NCBI RefSeq assembly: GCF_009914755.1
Contig: NC_060936.1
Strand: one strand, 5' to 3'
Source of the DNA: the human T2T-CHM13v2.0 reference genome, Homo sapiens
DNA: 64,000 nucleotides
In this document: piece by piece, positions 63,704-64,000 of the stretch
Layout: each line of letters starts with the position of its first letter
Position numbering within the stretch: position 1 is the first letter of the stretch
Made by a program: the position numbers and the translations under genes
The notes under the pieces: model-generated
What the model was told of the DNA's origin: nothing
Seen by the model: the letters and a program-made list of their open reading frames with translations, nothing else
The model's database searches: none

Positions 63704-64000
63704 CTAAAATTTAAAAAGGTAAAAGTTACTTTTTCTTCCTAGGATAAAACAATTCTTTAAACGCCTAAAACAAAACAAATCAAAATCTCATAACAATTAA
63801 GTTAACAAAATTTAGGAGAAAGGAAGGATTTTGCTGACAACTAAAATGAACATACAATTAATATCTTTTCTATACGAAAAAATAGTTTCTTCATCAGTAT
63901 TCATTTTAGTATTTAAAGAGTTCATATCCTTATGATTGTAATAACCACATCATAAAAATGTCTAATAAAGCAGAAAAAAATAATACTGTAATGCTACCAT

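Overview
Human genomic DNA: an AluYb-lineage insertion marks it as human, and the gene content places it in the chr12p13 natural killer gene complex. All coordinates were read by eye, and repeat boundaries and subfamilies are approximate. The minus strand carries the whole Ly49-family pseudogene KLRA1P (exon 1 near 56.9 kb, stop at 46716). Its six coding exons still splice into an uninterrupted 284-aa C-type lectin receptor. The visible lesions are a weak exon-5 donor (CTC|gtattt), a degenerate ITIM and a lost lectin-domain Trp. The last coding exon and 3' UTR of MAGOHB lie at the right end. A 3'-truncated SLC25A39 retrocopy lies at 6.6-7.1 kb. The rest is mostly repeats: Alu, L1, L2, MIR, MaLR, DNA transposons, and solo LTRs of MER51, MER4, LTR5/HERV-K and LTR12. 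The most interesting result is two apparent fossil KLR-type receptor genes in repeat-free intervals, on the same strand as KLRA1P. One is a transmembrane plus short-stalk exon pair at 268-1052. The other is a five-exon TM/stalk/3x lectin relic at about 29.75-32.08 kb. Also noted: a template-switch-like inverted duplication at 34.6-35.3 kb, a twin-primed L1, and a 16-nt copy of the defective exon-5 donor inside KLRA1P intron 4.
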